A stretch of 64,000 bases of DNA from Macrostomum lignano (taxonomy: Eukaryota): contig NIVC01000015.1 in assembly GCA_002269645.1 (NCBI GenBank), forward strand, positions 1-64,000. The letters run 5' to 3'. How positions within the stretch are numbered: position 1 is the stretch's first letter; each line of letters opens with the position of its first letter. This document shows, piece after piece, positions 1 to 12,900 of this stretch. The notes under the pieces were generated by a model that saw only the letters and a list, made by a program, of their open reading frames with translations, was not told the origin of the DNA and searched no databases. Made by a program: the position numbers and the translations under genes.

Positions 1-1231
1 ACCAAAGACGCATTCCGACAGTTAACCAAAGACGCATTCCGACAGTTAACTAAAGACACATTCGACAGTTAACCAAAGACACATTCCGACAGTTAACCAA
101 AGACACATTCCGACAGTTAACCAAAGACACATTCCGACAGTTAACCAAAGACACATTCCGACAGTTAACTAAAGACGCATTCCGACAGTTAACCAAAGAC
201 ACATTCCGACAGTTAACCAAAGACGCATTCCGACAGTTAACCAAAGACACATTCCGACAGTTAACCAAAGAAACATTCCGACAGTTAACCAAAGACACAT
301 TCCGACAGTTAACCAAAGACGCATTCCGACAGTCAACCAAAGACACATTCCGACAGTTAACTAAAGACGCATTCCGACAGTTAACCAAAGACACATTCCG
401 ACAGTTAACCAAAGACGCATTCCGACAGTCAACCAAAGACACATTCCGACAGTTAACTAAAGACGCATTCCGACAGTTAACCAAAGACACATTCCGACAG
501 TTAACTAAAGACGCATTCCGACAGTTAACCAAAGACACATTCCGACAGTTAACCAAAGACACATTCCGACAGTAACCAAAGACACATTCCGACAGTTAAC
601 TAAAGACGCATTCGACAGTCAACCAAAGACACATTCCGACAGTTAACTAAAGACGCATTCCGACAGTTAACCAAAGACACATTCCGACAGTTAACAAAGA
701 CACATTCCGACAGTTAACCAAAGACACATTCCGACAGTTAACCAAATAAACATTCCGACAGTTAACCAAAGACACATTCCGACAGTTAACCAAATAAACA
801 TTCCGACAGTTAACCAAAGACACATTCCGACAGTTAACCAAAGACGCATTCCGACAGTTAACCAAAGACACATTCCGACAGTTAACCAAAGACGCATTCC
901 GACAGTTAACCAAAGACACATCCGACAGTTAACTAAAGACGAATTCCGACAGTTAACCAAAGACGCATTCCGACAGTTAACCAAAGACACATTCCGACAG
1001 TTAACTAAAGACGAATTCCGACAGTTAACCAAAGACACATTCCGACAGTTAACCTAAAGACACATTCCGACAGTCAACCAAAGACACATTCGATAGCTGA
1101 CCAAAGACGCATTCCGACAGTTAACCAAAGACGCATTCCGATAGCTGACCAAAGACACATTCCGACAGTTAACAAAGACGCATTCCGATAGCTGACCAAA
1201 AGACGCATTCCGACAGTTAACCAAAGACACA
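1..1231. repeat. 24-bp minisatellite (ACCAAAGACACATTCCGACAGTTA), about 50 copies, truncated by the window start
   Basis: Unit read directly. Scattered 1-nt indels in doublets (e.g. near 61, 571, 611, 691, 921). Explains the SLVNCRNV ORFs. Confidence 0.97.
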
Positions 1232-1292
1232 AGCGCAAAGACTTGAATAGGGAAACAAGAACGAGGCAACAGGGACAAGAGAGGCTCCGGCA

Positions 1293-3426
1293 ATGTCCGA
1301 AGCCACCGAGAAGACCGAGCTCGTCCGTCGCAGCAGGCCGGCGGTTTCAAGCGCTGCTTCGGCTGGAGGCGACGACGACAAAGACGGACCAACAATAAAA
1401 GTTGGCGAAGTGATCGACGCCCTCGGTGTTGGCCGCTTCCAAGCTCTCCTGACGGTGTTTGCCGGCCTGCTTCTACTAGGAGAGTCCATGGCATCACTCT
1501 GATCGGAATTGTGGGCCGCACCATCCAGTGCCAGTGGCAACTGCCCAATCTGAGGCTGGCCATCTTCTCGCTGGCCATTTTCATGGGCTTCCTGCTGTTC
1601 TGCCCGCTGTGGGGCTTCCTGGCTGATCAGCATGGCAGGCGGGGCGTCATGATCCTCGGCATGGCCTTCACCGGCTACTACATGCTCATCTCCGCGCTGT
1701 CGCCCAGCTTCGAATGGCTGGTCTTCCTGCGCACTGTGGCCGGAGCCTTCATGGCAACCACGCCGCAGGGCCTGGTGTACATGGTCGAGTGCTGCCCCGG
1801 CAACCGCCAGGGCCTATCTGTTGAACATCGGCTTTGTCGTCTGGAGTGTCGGCCCCGTGCTGGAGCTCGCCGTCGCTCTGGGACTCAACGCTGCCGGCGT
1901 CGGCAACGAAACCTGGCGGATCCTCGTCATTCTGTCTGCCCTGCCCATCATCGGCAGCTGCGTGGGCTACTGGCTGGTCCCGGAGACGCCTCGTTCTACC
2001 TGGTGCACGGCCAAATGGACAAGTGCAAGGCTTCGCTCAGGCACATCGCCAGGGTGTGTTGCTAGGGGATTAATTGTTTTGGAGAAGATTAGTCAAAGGG
2101 CCGCTGCTGTACACCCCGTGTGTGCGTGTGTACGAGTGCTGTGCCTGAGTACAGTATTGACGCGCTTGTCTGTGCTCAGGAGGCAGCGGAATGGCAGAAT
2201 TGCCTCAGCGCTGGCTGTGCGACGGATGTCTCCACGGTGACCAAAACCCTTCTGCTAATTTATTATTGTAACTGTAGATGATTGAAATTAATGTACGTGA
2301 ATTGAATTCTCCTGGGATTCGAATTTTGGGGAAGATTCTGCCCAGAAATCGATTGGCAAAGTTTTACAAGCCAGATAAAACCGAACCGCACCAAGGTGAA
2401 CGGTCGCGAGTCTGACTTTGACTGGGACAAATTGCGCATCAGCCAGGAGGCCAAGACGGCGGAGGCGCCCCGCGTCAAGTGGCTGTTCAGCAGGAGGCTT
2501 CGCTCCCTCACGCTGGGCCTGGCTGCCATCAGCTTCCTGACAAACTTCACCTACTACGGCGGCGTTCTGTTCGCCCAGCAGCTCGTCCAGGAGTCCGGCA
2601 TGAGCAACAGCGTCGCCGAGGTGCTGCAGTCCAGCTGCGGCGGCGCCGACTGCCGGCCGCTGTCGCAGCGCGACTACGTCAACCTGCTGGTGACGGCCTT
2701 GTCGGAGGTGCCCGGCACAGTTATCGCTCTGTCCGTCAGCGCCTACCTGGAAAGGCGGCGAATGCTGCAGGTGGTTTGGGACCGGCAGTTGCTAAGGGGT
2801 CATTGTGGGCACTGTGTCGTGTGTGAATTGCCGCAGTGAAGGGTTCATGGTTAGGATCCAGTTGGAGACACGGTGAATGTCATATTAGGGATCATCAACT
2901 TCATTCATTGTGGAGTAGGTCATAGCGAGATCATAGTGGAGCAGGTCATAGCGGGGTCATAGTGAAGCAGGTCATAGTAGTGGATAGTAGGATCATGTTG
3001 GGGCATGGCGGCAGTCAGCAGGCTCATGGTGGATAAAGTTGCCACAATCCTTCCGCGCAGGTGACCGCAGGCCTGGCTGGTGGCTTCACCCTGCTACTCA
3101 TGCTGAGCAGCCTGGCACCCCGCAGCGCCCCCCTGCTGGTCAGCCTGCTGTTCTTCGCCCGCGGCTCCGCCGTGGTGACCATCAACATCAGCAACATCTA
3201 CGCGCCGGAGGCGTTCCCCACAAGGGTGAGAGCGCTGGGCGTCGGGCTGATCCAGCTCACCGGCAAGTGCGGCTGCATCCTGACGCCCCTGATCGCCCAG
3301 GTGGTCATGCCGGCGTCCCGGATTGCTGGCCTCGTGGTCTACGCGGGCGCCTTCGTCGTCGTGGTACTGCTGGCGGCCTTCTGCCTGTCCCGAGAGACCA
3401 AGGACGCCGATCTAGAGGACCACTGA
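1293..3426 (+). CDS. SV2/SVOP-like MFS transporter, about 500 aa if repaired; exons 1293-2053, 2396-2770, 3061-3426; three 1-nt frameshifts in exon 1
   Basis: Motifs: IDALGVGRFQ, WGFLADQHGRR, VPETPR, IAR|VNG, NFTYYG, YAPEAFPTRVRALGVG, LSRET. Junctions AGG|GT 2054, AG 2395|GTG, CAG|GT 2771 and CAG 3060|GTG are all phase 0. Confidence 0.88.
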
Positions 3427-3499
3427 TCCGAGCGCTGAGCCGTCCGACTCTGTTGTGAAGCGTCTTTAAGGCCATTCTGATCCTGTAATTACTCCTGCA

Positions 3500-3815
3500 T
3501 CCTGACCCATGCTGACCCATGCTGACCCATCCTGACCCATCCTGATCCATCCTGACCCAACTTGACCCATCCTGACCCAACTTGACCCATCCTGACCCAC
3601 CCTGACCCATCCTGACTCATCCTGACCCATGCTGACCCATCCTAACCATGCTGACCTATCCTAACCATCCTAGCCATCCTGACCCATCCTGACTCATCCT
3701 GACCCATCCTGACCCATCCTAATCCATCCTGACCCAACTTGACCCATCCTGACCCACCCTGACCCATCCTGACTCATCCTGACCCATCCTGACCCATCCT
3801 GAACCATCCTGACCC
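3500..3815. repeat. 10-bp tandem repeat (CTGACCCATC)
   Basis: Read directly; lies just 3' of the transporter stop. Confidence 0.93.
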
Positions 3816-4443
3816 CTTCCCTAGCATCCGATGACCTCATTCTTGATTTGAAATTCGACTCCCATCCCAGACCATCCACCATGTCGACGTTCATCACCTA
3901 ACAAGCAACTGCGTTCGCATTTCGCTTTTAAATGAATTACGTAGTTACCAGTCTTGTCGTTTTACCTGATAACCAATTAGCAATCCAATTCAAATTTATT
4001 AGTATATTATTATTATTGAGATATTATTCAGAAAATACAATTGTCTTAACCTGAAAAAATTTTAATTTCCAAACTAGTGAAACTTAACTGACTACTGCTC
4101 AAATTACGAGTAGTATCTTGTGGATACTTGTAGTAACCGATTCCGATATTAAAAATGGCAGCAAACACCTTAAGGTCGAGCGCGCACCATCTAAAAAAGT
4201 CGCTGGTCTCAAGTAGCATTCTAGGAAAAAAAGCCCGCAGTTTGATAAGAGCCTCGGACAAAACAAAGCCTCGGACTCCGTTTGAGATTTAGAAGTACAG
4301 AAGGCGAGATATACTCGAATTAGTGCTCAAAAACTGAAGACATTCAATCTCACCAATGCAGTTTGAATTGCTGCAAAAGTGGCATCCTTCCGCTTCGTTA
4401 ACATGCGATTGCCAAATAAGCATAAGCATAGAGTCATGACAAG

Positions 4444-4563
4444 TCAATCAATCAATCAACCAACAAACTGATCAATTAACGAATCAATCAATCAATCAAT
4501 CAACCAATCAATCAATCAACCAATCAATCAACCAATCAACCAATCAACTAATCAATCAATCAA

Positions 4564-4603
<40 letters not shown>

Positions 4604-4607
4604 CCAA

Positions 4608-4659
<52 letters not shown>

Positions 4660-4671
4660 CCAATCAATCAA

Positions 4672-4735
<64 letters not shown>

Positions 4736-4849
4736 CATACCAATCAATCAATCAATTAATCAATCAACATACCAATGAATCAATCAATCAATCAATTAAT
4801 CAATCAATTAATCAATCAATCAATCAATTAATCAAACAATCAATCAATT

Positions 4850-4892
<43 letters not shown>

Positions 4893-4967
4893 TAATTAAT
4901 CAACATACCAATCAATCAATCAATCTTAATCAATCAATCAATCAATTAATCAAACAATCAATCAACA
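4444..4967. repeat. (TCAA)n microsatellite
   Basis: Read directly. Confidence 0.97.
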
Positions 4968-5684
4968 AAGCATCTAAAAACTTCAGACTAATTGGCTAAT
5001 TGATAATTTTGTCTTAAAAACGAAAATTTCCTATCTCAGTTTGATTTCAAAGAAAAGTTACATGCAGCGATAGGTAAACTTTGTTGCACAAGAGATTTTG
5101 TAATTCAGCATTAAGTTTAGTCACTGAATTCAGAATACAAGCAGTGTTGAATTTGCTATCAGATAAATTTGTTTATTACAATCATCGTACGAAAATGTTC
5201 AAGCCAGAATTAACACGTGTCTTGGAAAGTATTGCTGAGAAACTAACAGGCTCTCATATCTAACAGATTTTAAAACTTAAATTTCCAAGAAATTACACGT
5301 CAGCTGAAGGCTGCACTTTGAATTCTGCAGAAAAATTGTTTATTCATTGAATGACCGCGAGAGATAACGAGGCAAAAGTGTTTAAGCGTGTAATAACATC
5401 AACAGTTCAAACCGACAGTCTCTTATCAAGCTGTTCTAGCAATGCCTATAGAGGGCGTAGAATCGGGCATGTAGCGAGAGGAAGCCGTAACTTAACACCT
5501 TAATAAACAGATACTCCTAGATTACAAACAAAGTGTTGAGCTAGTGTAGGCTCGAACAAATAAGATTTTTTAAGTGCCATTGCGAGAGAAATGGGTTCCA
5601 GTCAGCATAAGTAACCAAATTATAAATAGTGTTGTACATGCACAGCGTATTGATTGATGTCCTTCTCTCAATGACTCAAGTCAG

Positions 5685-7361
5685 TCAGGCCAACGGGTCC
5701 TCGGAACGCGAACGGCGACTCCTCAACTTGAAGCAGTTGCTGACGCTGCTATCGTCATCGTCTTCGTCGCCTGAAACCAGACTGCGTCGCTGCTCGCCGT
5801 CGCCAAACTGCTGCTGCTGGCGTCGGATAGAGCACCGACGCGCTAGCAGGACTGAGCCAGCCATCAGTGCGGCCAGGAGCAGCACTCCAGCAGAGATGGC
5901 CACGGGCAGAACCCAGGCGGCAAGCTTGGCTTTGCCAGGAATGGCCGGCTTCTCTGTGGGACTCTGAGTAGTAGCAGTACTAGTAGTGGTAGCAGTAGTA
6001 GTAGTAGTAGTAGAGTTACAATCGGCAGGCTTGCAGTCGGTCAGTTTGATCGACTTCCCGCTGGCCTGGTCGCGACACGTCACCTGGTCGAGCTTGTAGA
6101 ATTTCTTGCGAATGGCATCGGACCCGAGCTGCTTGCTGAGCCACAGCAGGCTGCAGTTGCACACCAGCGGGTTGCCAGCAAGCCGGAGGCCGCCGTCAGC
6201 CAAGCTGGCCAGACCGGGCAGCGGGTTCTCGCTGACGCCGTCCAGACCGCCGATGGTCGTCACGTGAGCATTGGACAAGTCGAGTTGGCGAAGGGTCGGC
6301 TGGCCGAACGTGTCCGAGGTCCACTTGGACAGGCGGGTCCCGGACAGATTGATGTCCGTCAGCTTTCTCAGGTTGGACAGCTGAGCATCCAGTGACGTCA
6401 GCGGGCACTGGTTGAGGAACAGGCGGGTCAGGCTGGAGCCGCCAGCCAGGGCGTTCGGCTGGATGCTCGACAGCTTCTGGCTGCCGTCCAGGTGCAGGAT
6501 ATCCAGATTGGGGAAGTTGCCGCTCGGCAGGAAGCCGTCGGGCAGCTCAGTCCAGCCAGTGGATTTCAGGGTCAGGCCGAGAAACTGATTGCTGAAGCGG
6601 GCAGCGCTGAAGGCAGCCGCCACCTGCTCGACGGGCAGGTCCGGGTTCTGGCTGAGATCCAGGCTGGTGAGGTGATCAGCCAGGGGCAGCAGGGCCGTGG
6701 GGTCCAGGGCGGTCATCTTGACGCTATTGAGCTTCACGGATTTGAGAGAACCGGCAGCACCGAGGGCTGCCAGGGTGTCGTTGCTGAGCTGGGGGAAGGT
6801 GTTCTTGGTGAGGACCAGAGACTGCAGCTTGCTGCACTTGGCGTACGAATCCGGCGCTGCCGATCCAGTGAGGAAGTTCTCATCGATGCCCAGGTGAGTG
6901 AGGCTGGATCCGACATCATCGCACAGATCGGGCCAGTCGCTGAGTTTATTTCTGGTCAGGTAGAGCCGGCTGAGACTGCTCAAGCCGGTGAGGTTGCCTG
7001 GTCCGATTTTCTCCAGCTTGTTTTCAACCATGCTCAGCTCCTCCAGTTTGGACAGATTCTTCAACTCACCGTTAATTTTCGAGATGCTGTTCCCATTGAG
7101 AATGAGCACCTGAGTGTTCACCGGGATGCCGTCCGGGATGCTGGACAGGCCATGGCAGGTCACCTGATTCTTCTTGACGCTGTGCTTTCGCATCACGACG
7201 GTGCAGTTGCACTTCTCTGGACAGTCCTTTTCAGCGCCTGTGGCGGCGGCCCGGTCGGCCGGTTGTGGCTGGCGGACCATCAGGAAGATCAGTGGAACGC
7301 AGATCAGAAGACCAACGATCGACAGCTTCATCAGCGGTCTGCGTGACTTTGAGCTGGCCAT
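5685..7361 (-). CDS. Intronless leucine-rich-repeat single-pass membrane protein, 558 aa
   Basis: N-terminal hydrophobic segment, LRRNT (DCPEKCNC...VTC), about a dozen LxxLxLxxN repeats, LRRCT (GNPLVCNCSLLWL...VTC...C), Thr-rich stalk, TM (VLPVAISAGVLLLAALMAGSVLLA) and short tail. The ORF is uninterrupted. Confidence 0.93.
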   Translation of the reverse strand: MASSKSRRPLMKLSIVGLLICVPLIFLMVRQPQPADRAAATGAEKDCPEKCNCTVVMRKHSVKKNQVTCHGLSSIPDGIPVNTQVLILNGNSISKINGELKNLSKLEELSMVENKLEKIGPGNLTGLSSLSRLYLTRNKLSDWPDLCDDVGSSLTHLGIDENFLTGSAAPDSYAKCSKLQSLVLTKNTFPQLSNDTLAALGAAGSLKSVKLNSVKMTALDPTALLPLADHLTSLDLSQNPDLPVEQVAAAFSAARFSNQFLGLTLKSTGWTELPDGFLPSGNFPNLDILHLDGSQKLSSIQPNALAGGSSLTRLFLNQCPLTSLDAQLSNLRKLTDINLSGTRLSKWTSDTFGQPTLRQLDLSNAHVTTIGGLDGVSENPLPGLASLADGGLRLAGNPLVCNCSLLWLSKQLGSDAIRKKFYKLDQVTCRDQASGKSIKLTDCKPADCNSTTTTTTATTTSTATTQSPTEKPAIPGKAKLAAWVLPVAISAGVLLLAALMAGSVLLARRCSIRRQQQQFGDGEQRRSLVSGDEDDDDSSVSNCFKLRSRRSRSEDPLA

Positions 7362-7889
7362 GATGATCGAGTTTTGATCTGGGGAAGCGAGTGTGAAAGA
7401 CCAAGAGTTAATTGACTCGAATTCTATTAAAGCTTTATTAGATTTGGATTAGATTCTTGTTGCTTAAAGCCAGCCAGTTAAAGGGGGGGTTAATAAGCTT
7501 TCTGTGAATAAGAGCCAGGCCATTTCTTGGAAATTCCGACCCTGAAGTCCTGTGCTATTTTTAGCTCAGAGTACACTGGTGTCTGTGGCCAGCTGCCGAG
7601 GGGGATTGGCTGTCCCACGACACAAAAGCAGTCCTCTACATATTGGCATGGCATCATGACTAAAAATAGTCTGGTTAACGGAAGAAATTTTCGGTTTCAC
7701 TTCAAGAATTGCAGGAACTGAGAAATTATTCGTGAATAATGCCCACAAGAGTTAGTATTTTAGAGGTCAGCACACGAACAAAGCACTTGTGCAATGCGAC
7801 ATCAGTGAGCTCAGTTTTTGGTCAGGGCAATGTTGATAGCACAAATAGAGAATTAATAATCCATACTCGTATCAGATATCAATATCACG

Positions 7890-8262
7890 GACAGTTCTCA
7901 TCAGTTCTCATCAATTCTCATGAGTTTGTATTAGTTCTCATTAGTTCTAATCAGTTCTCATGAGTTTGTATTAGTTCTCATTAGTTCTAATCAGTTCTCA
8001 TCAGTTCTCATCAGTTCTCATCAGTTCTCATCAGTTCTCATCAGTTCTCATCAGTTCTCATCAGTTCTCATCAGTTCTCATCAGTTCTCATCAGTTCTCA
8101 TCAGTTCTCATCAGTTCTCATCAGTTCTCATCAGTTCTCATCAGTTCTCATCAGTTCTCATCAGTTCTCATCAGTTTTCATCAGTTCTCATCAGTTTTCA
8201 TCAGTTCTCATCACTTCTCATCAGTTCTCATAAATTCTAATCAGTTCTCAACAGTTCTCAAC
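7890..8262. repeat. 10-bp tandem repeat (TCAGTTCTCA)
   Basis: Read directly. Confidence 0.95.
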
Positions 8263-8774
8263 AGTTACAGCAACAAGGACACTCTGATGTCAATTTTCAT
8301 TTTAAACGGTAGCTTTTTTGAAGCAGACTTTGCGCCAAAGGAAACGTTCCAACACTCCTACTTACTGCCTACCTAATAGTAGCCAGTGTGGTACTTTTAG
8401 GCAAGCAAATTTTTTTGCGGGCATCGGCAGAATTGAAAGCGGAATTGAATTTCACTGATATATAGGAAAAAATATTCTCTCTGTGCAATCACGCCAATAC
8501 GCCAAAAAATCATTTCAATTTTCAGCTATCGGGGTCAGCGCTTATTCATAAGCTGTGCTGTGGAACTGAGAGGCACAGATCTGTCCTAGATTTTAATCCG
8601 GTTCACACATTAGATGCCGATTTGCTTCTGAAGGATTTGCTTCTAATTCTTAAGGTTTTGCTTCAAGACAGCTTGACCTGGTACTAGTCTTAGATTCACG
8701 CTCAATTCACGCTCCACTCACTCTCTATTCACACTTCTTCACACTTCTTTCACACACAATTCACACTCGATTCA

Positions 8775-9618
8775 TGCTCCATTGGGGTCATGATAGTCAC
8801 ATTGAAGTCAGGAGAGTCACATTGAGGTCAGGAGAGTCACATTGGGGTCAGGAGAGTCAAACTGGGGGTCAGGAGATTCACATTGAAGTCAGGAGAGTCA
8901 CATCGGGGTCAAGAGAGTCACATTGGGGTCAGGAGAGTCACATTGGGGTCAGGAGAGTCACATTGGGGTCAGGAGAGTCACATTGGTGTCAGGAGAGTCA
9001 CATCGAGGTCAGGAGAGTCACATCGGGGTCAAGAGAGTCACATTGGGGTCAGGAGAGTCACATTGGGGTCAGGAGAGTCACATTGGTGTCAGGAGAGTCA
9101 CATTGGGGTCAGGGGAGTCACATCGGGGTCAGGGGAGTCACATCGAGGTCAGGAGAGTCACATTGGGGTTAGGATATTCACATTGGGGTCAGGGGAGTCA
9201 CATTGGGTCAGGAGAGTCACATTGGGGTCAGGGGAGTCACATTGGGTCAGGAGAGTCACATCAAGGTCAGGAGAGTCACTCCGGGGTCAGGGGAGTCACA
9301 TCAAGGTCAGGAGAGTCACTCCGGGGTCAGGAGAGTCACATCAAGGTCAGGAGAGTCACTCCGGGGTCAGGGGAGTCACATTGGGTCAGGAGAGTCACAT
9401 CAAGGCCAGGAGAGTCACATTGGGGTCAGGGGAGTCACACTGGGTCAGGGGAGTCACACTGGGTCAGGGTAATCACACTGGGTCAGGGGAGTCACATTGG
9501 GTCAGGAGAGTCACATCGGGGTCAGGGGAGTCGCATTGGGATCAGGGGAGTCACTCCGGGGTCAGGGGAGTCACACTGGATCAGGGGAGTCACATTGGGG
9601 TCAGGGGAGTCACATTGA
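8775..9618. repeat. 19-20-bp minisatellite (GGGGTCAGGAGAGTCACATT)
   Basis: Read directly; explains the GESH/RRVT ORFs. Confidence 0.95.
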
Positions 9619-9908
9619 ACCCAGAGAGGTTAAATTTGGGGGTCCAACTTGTGTTCACGGGATGGCACAGGTATCGCAGAGTGGATCAACAATAAATTTG
9701 GCAACTAGCATTCTAAAGCTTCCAGTCCGGAATGCTACAACCAAGGACTTCGTATAGATGTCCATGCCAGGGTTGGCCAATAAGCGATCGTCACTCAAAT
9801 AGCTTAAATAAGCAAGCAATATTGCCGCAGAAGGCAGCCTGTCTTGCAGTCCTGCAGCTTGTCAAGCAAACTTCTCTGCAATCTCGCCTACAAACGGAAT
9901 CCCCCAGC

Positions 9909-12900
9909 ATGCAGGAGGAGTTCAACTGCCTGACCGTCAACGCCACCGAGTACACCGACCTGCTGCACATTGAATCGCTTCGACTGTCGCTGGCGGCCAT
10001 CTGGGTGGCCGTGGGGCTGGCCATGTTTGTCGGCAACCTGCTGGTCATTGGGTCCATCGCTGCCTACAGGGCGATGCGGACCGTGACCAACTGCTACATT
10101 CTGAACCTGGCCATCACGGATCTGCTCGTGTCCGTCATTGTCCTGCCGCTGAAGGGAGTCCAACTGCTGGGACCCTGCTGGCTGTCCGCCAAGATCTTCA
10201 ACTCGCTTGGCTGCGCTGTGGTCACCTTCTTCCTGATGCTGCTGGTGTTCACCAGCCTGCTCACTCTGGTGGTCATCTCGCTGGAGCGGTGAGGAAAATC
10301 TGCCCCCCCCCTATAATTAGGCGCCACAGACAAACACCTAATCAGGCATCACTGAGACAGACACCTAATTAGGCATCACTGAGACAGACACCTAATTAGG
10401 CATCACTGAGACAGACACCTAATTAGGCATCACTGAGACAGACACCTAATCAGGCATCACTGAGACAGACACCTAATCAGGCATCACTGAGACAGACACC
10501 TAATTAGGCATCACTGAGACAGAAACCTAATTAGGCGCCACTGAGACAGACACCTAATTAGGCGCCACTGAGACAGACACCTAATCAGGCATCACTGAGA
10601 CAGACTCCTAATTAGGCATCACTGAGACAGACACCTAATTAGGCATCACTGAGACAGACACCTAATCAGGCATCACTGAGACAGACACCTAATTAGGCAT
10701 CACTGAGACAGAAACCTAATTAGGCGCCACTGAGACAGACACCTAATTAGGCGCCACTGAGACAGACACCTAATTAGGCATCACTGAGACAGACACCAAA
10801 TTAAGCGCCACTGAGACAGACACCTAATTAGGCATCACTGAGACAGACACCTAATTAGGCATCACTGAGACAGACACCTAATTAGGCGCCACTGAGACAG
10901 ACACCTAATCAGGCATCACTGAGACAGACACCTAATTAGGCATCACTGAGACAGACACCTAATCAGGCATCACTGAGACAGACACCTAATTAGGCATCAC
11001 TGAGACAGAAACCTAATTAGGCATCACTGAGACAGACACCTAATTAGGCATCACTGAGACAGACACCTAATTAGGCATCACTGAGACAGACACCTAATCA
11101 GGCATCACTGAGACAGACACCTAATCAGGCATCACTGAGACAGACACCTAATTAGGCATCACTGAGACAGAAACCTAATTAGGCGCCACTGAGACAGACA
11201 CCTAATTAGGCGCCACTGAGACAGACACCTAATTAGGCATCACTGAGACAGACACCTAATTAGGCATTACTGAGACAGACACCTTATTAAGCATCACTAA
11301 AACAGACACCTAATTAGGCATCACTGAGACAGACACCTAATTAGGCATCACTGAGACAGACACCTAATCAGACATCACTGAGACAGACACCTAATTAGGC
11401 ATCACTGAGACAGACACCTAATCAGGCATCACTGAGACAGACACCTAATTAGGCGCCACTGAGACAGACATAAAATAAAGCGCCACTGAGACAGAAACCT
11501 AATTAGGCGCCACAGAGACAGACACCAAATTAAGCGCCACTGAGACAGACACCTAATTAGGCACCACTGAGTGAGACAGACACCTAATTAGGCAACACTC
11601 ACTAAGTGAGACAGACACCTAATTAGGCATCACTCAGACAGACAGCTAATCAGACATCACTGAGACAGACACCTAATTAGGCGCCACTGAGACAGACACC
11701 TAATTAGGCATCACTGAGACAGACACCTAATTAGGCATCACTGAGACAGATACCTAATCAGGCATCACTGAGACAGACACCTAATTAGGCACCACTAAGT
11801 GAGACAGACACTTAATTAGGCACCACTGAGTGAGACAGACAACTAATTAGGCACCACTCACTAAGTGAGACAGACACCTAATTAGGCACCACTGAGTGAG
11901 ACAGACACATAATTAGGCAACACTCACTAAGTGAGACAGACACCTAATTAGGCGCCACTGAGACAGGCACCTAACTAGGCATCGATTTATTCCCGCTGAT
12001 CACGTGACTTTCCGCGCCTCTCCGCCCACGCAGCTTCCTGGCCATCGTGCACCCGCTGCGCAGCCTGATGTTCCAGTCGCGCAGTCGCACCGGCCTCTTC
12101 ATCCTGCTCACCTGGAGTCTGCCGTCCGCATTCTGCCTGGTGCAGGCCTTCCACCCTGCCGCGGTGCCGTTCCACGGCTCCAGCCGTTACGGCAGCCTGC
12201 GCAATCAGCACTGCCTGGACAGCTTCAGCCAGGCCGGCCGCACCGCCTATGTGATGACGTCATTCGCTCTGCTGTTCCTCTGCCCGCTGGCCGTGGTGAT
12301 CTTCACCTCTGGCGCCATCATCAGGGCGCTCATGCGGCCGGCGCCTGGCGAAGAGGGCGCCGTTGGCGGGGCGCCCCAGTCCGGAACTCAGGCCAGGGAG
12401 GAGAACAAAAGAAAGGTGGGTTTGACTGCGTGGGTTGTTCTTTGTGGGTTGGGCTGTGTGGGTTAGTCTGTGTGGGTTTGGCTGTGTGGGTTATTCTTTG
12501 TGGGTTATTCTTTGTGGGTTGGGCTGTGTGGGTTGGTCTGTGTGGGTTTGGCTGTGTGGGTTATTCTTTGTGGGTTTGGCTGTGTGGGTTTGGCTGTGTG
12601 GGTTTGGCTGTGTGGGTTATTCTTTGCGGGTTTGGCTGTGTGGGTTATTCTTTGTGGGTTATTCTTTGTGGGTTGGGGCTGTGTGGGTTGGTCTGTGTGG
12701 GTTTGGCTGTGTGGGTTATTCTTTGTGGGTTGTTCTTTGTGGGTTGGGCTGTGTGGGTTATTCTTTGTGGGTTTGGCTGTGTGGGTTGGTCTGTGTGGGT
12801 TTGGCTGTGTGGGTTATTCTTTGTGGGTTTGGCTGTGTGGGTTATTCTTTGTGGGTTATTCTTTGTGGGTTGGGCTGTGTGGGTTGGTCTGTGTGGGTTT

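Noticed and set aside
6196-7377. Overlapping antisense and alternate-frame ORFs over GC-rich exons (also at 23382-24038, 43020-43685, 44512-45180)
   Set aside because: These are the expected shadow ORFs of genes with high GC at third codon positions.
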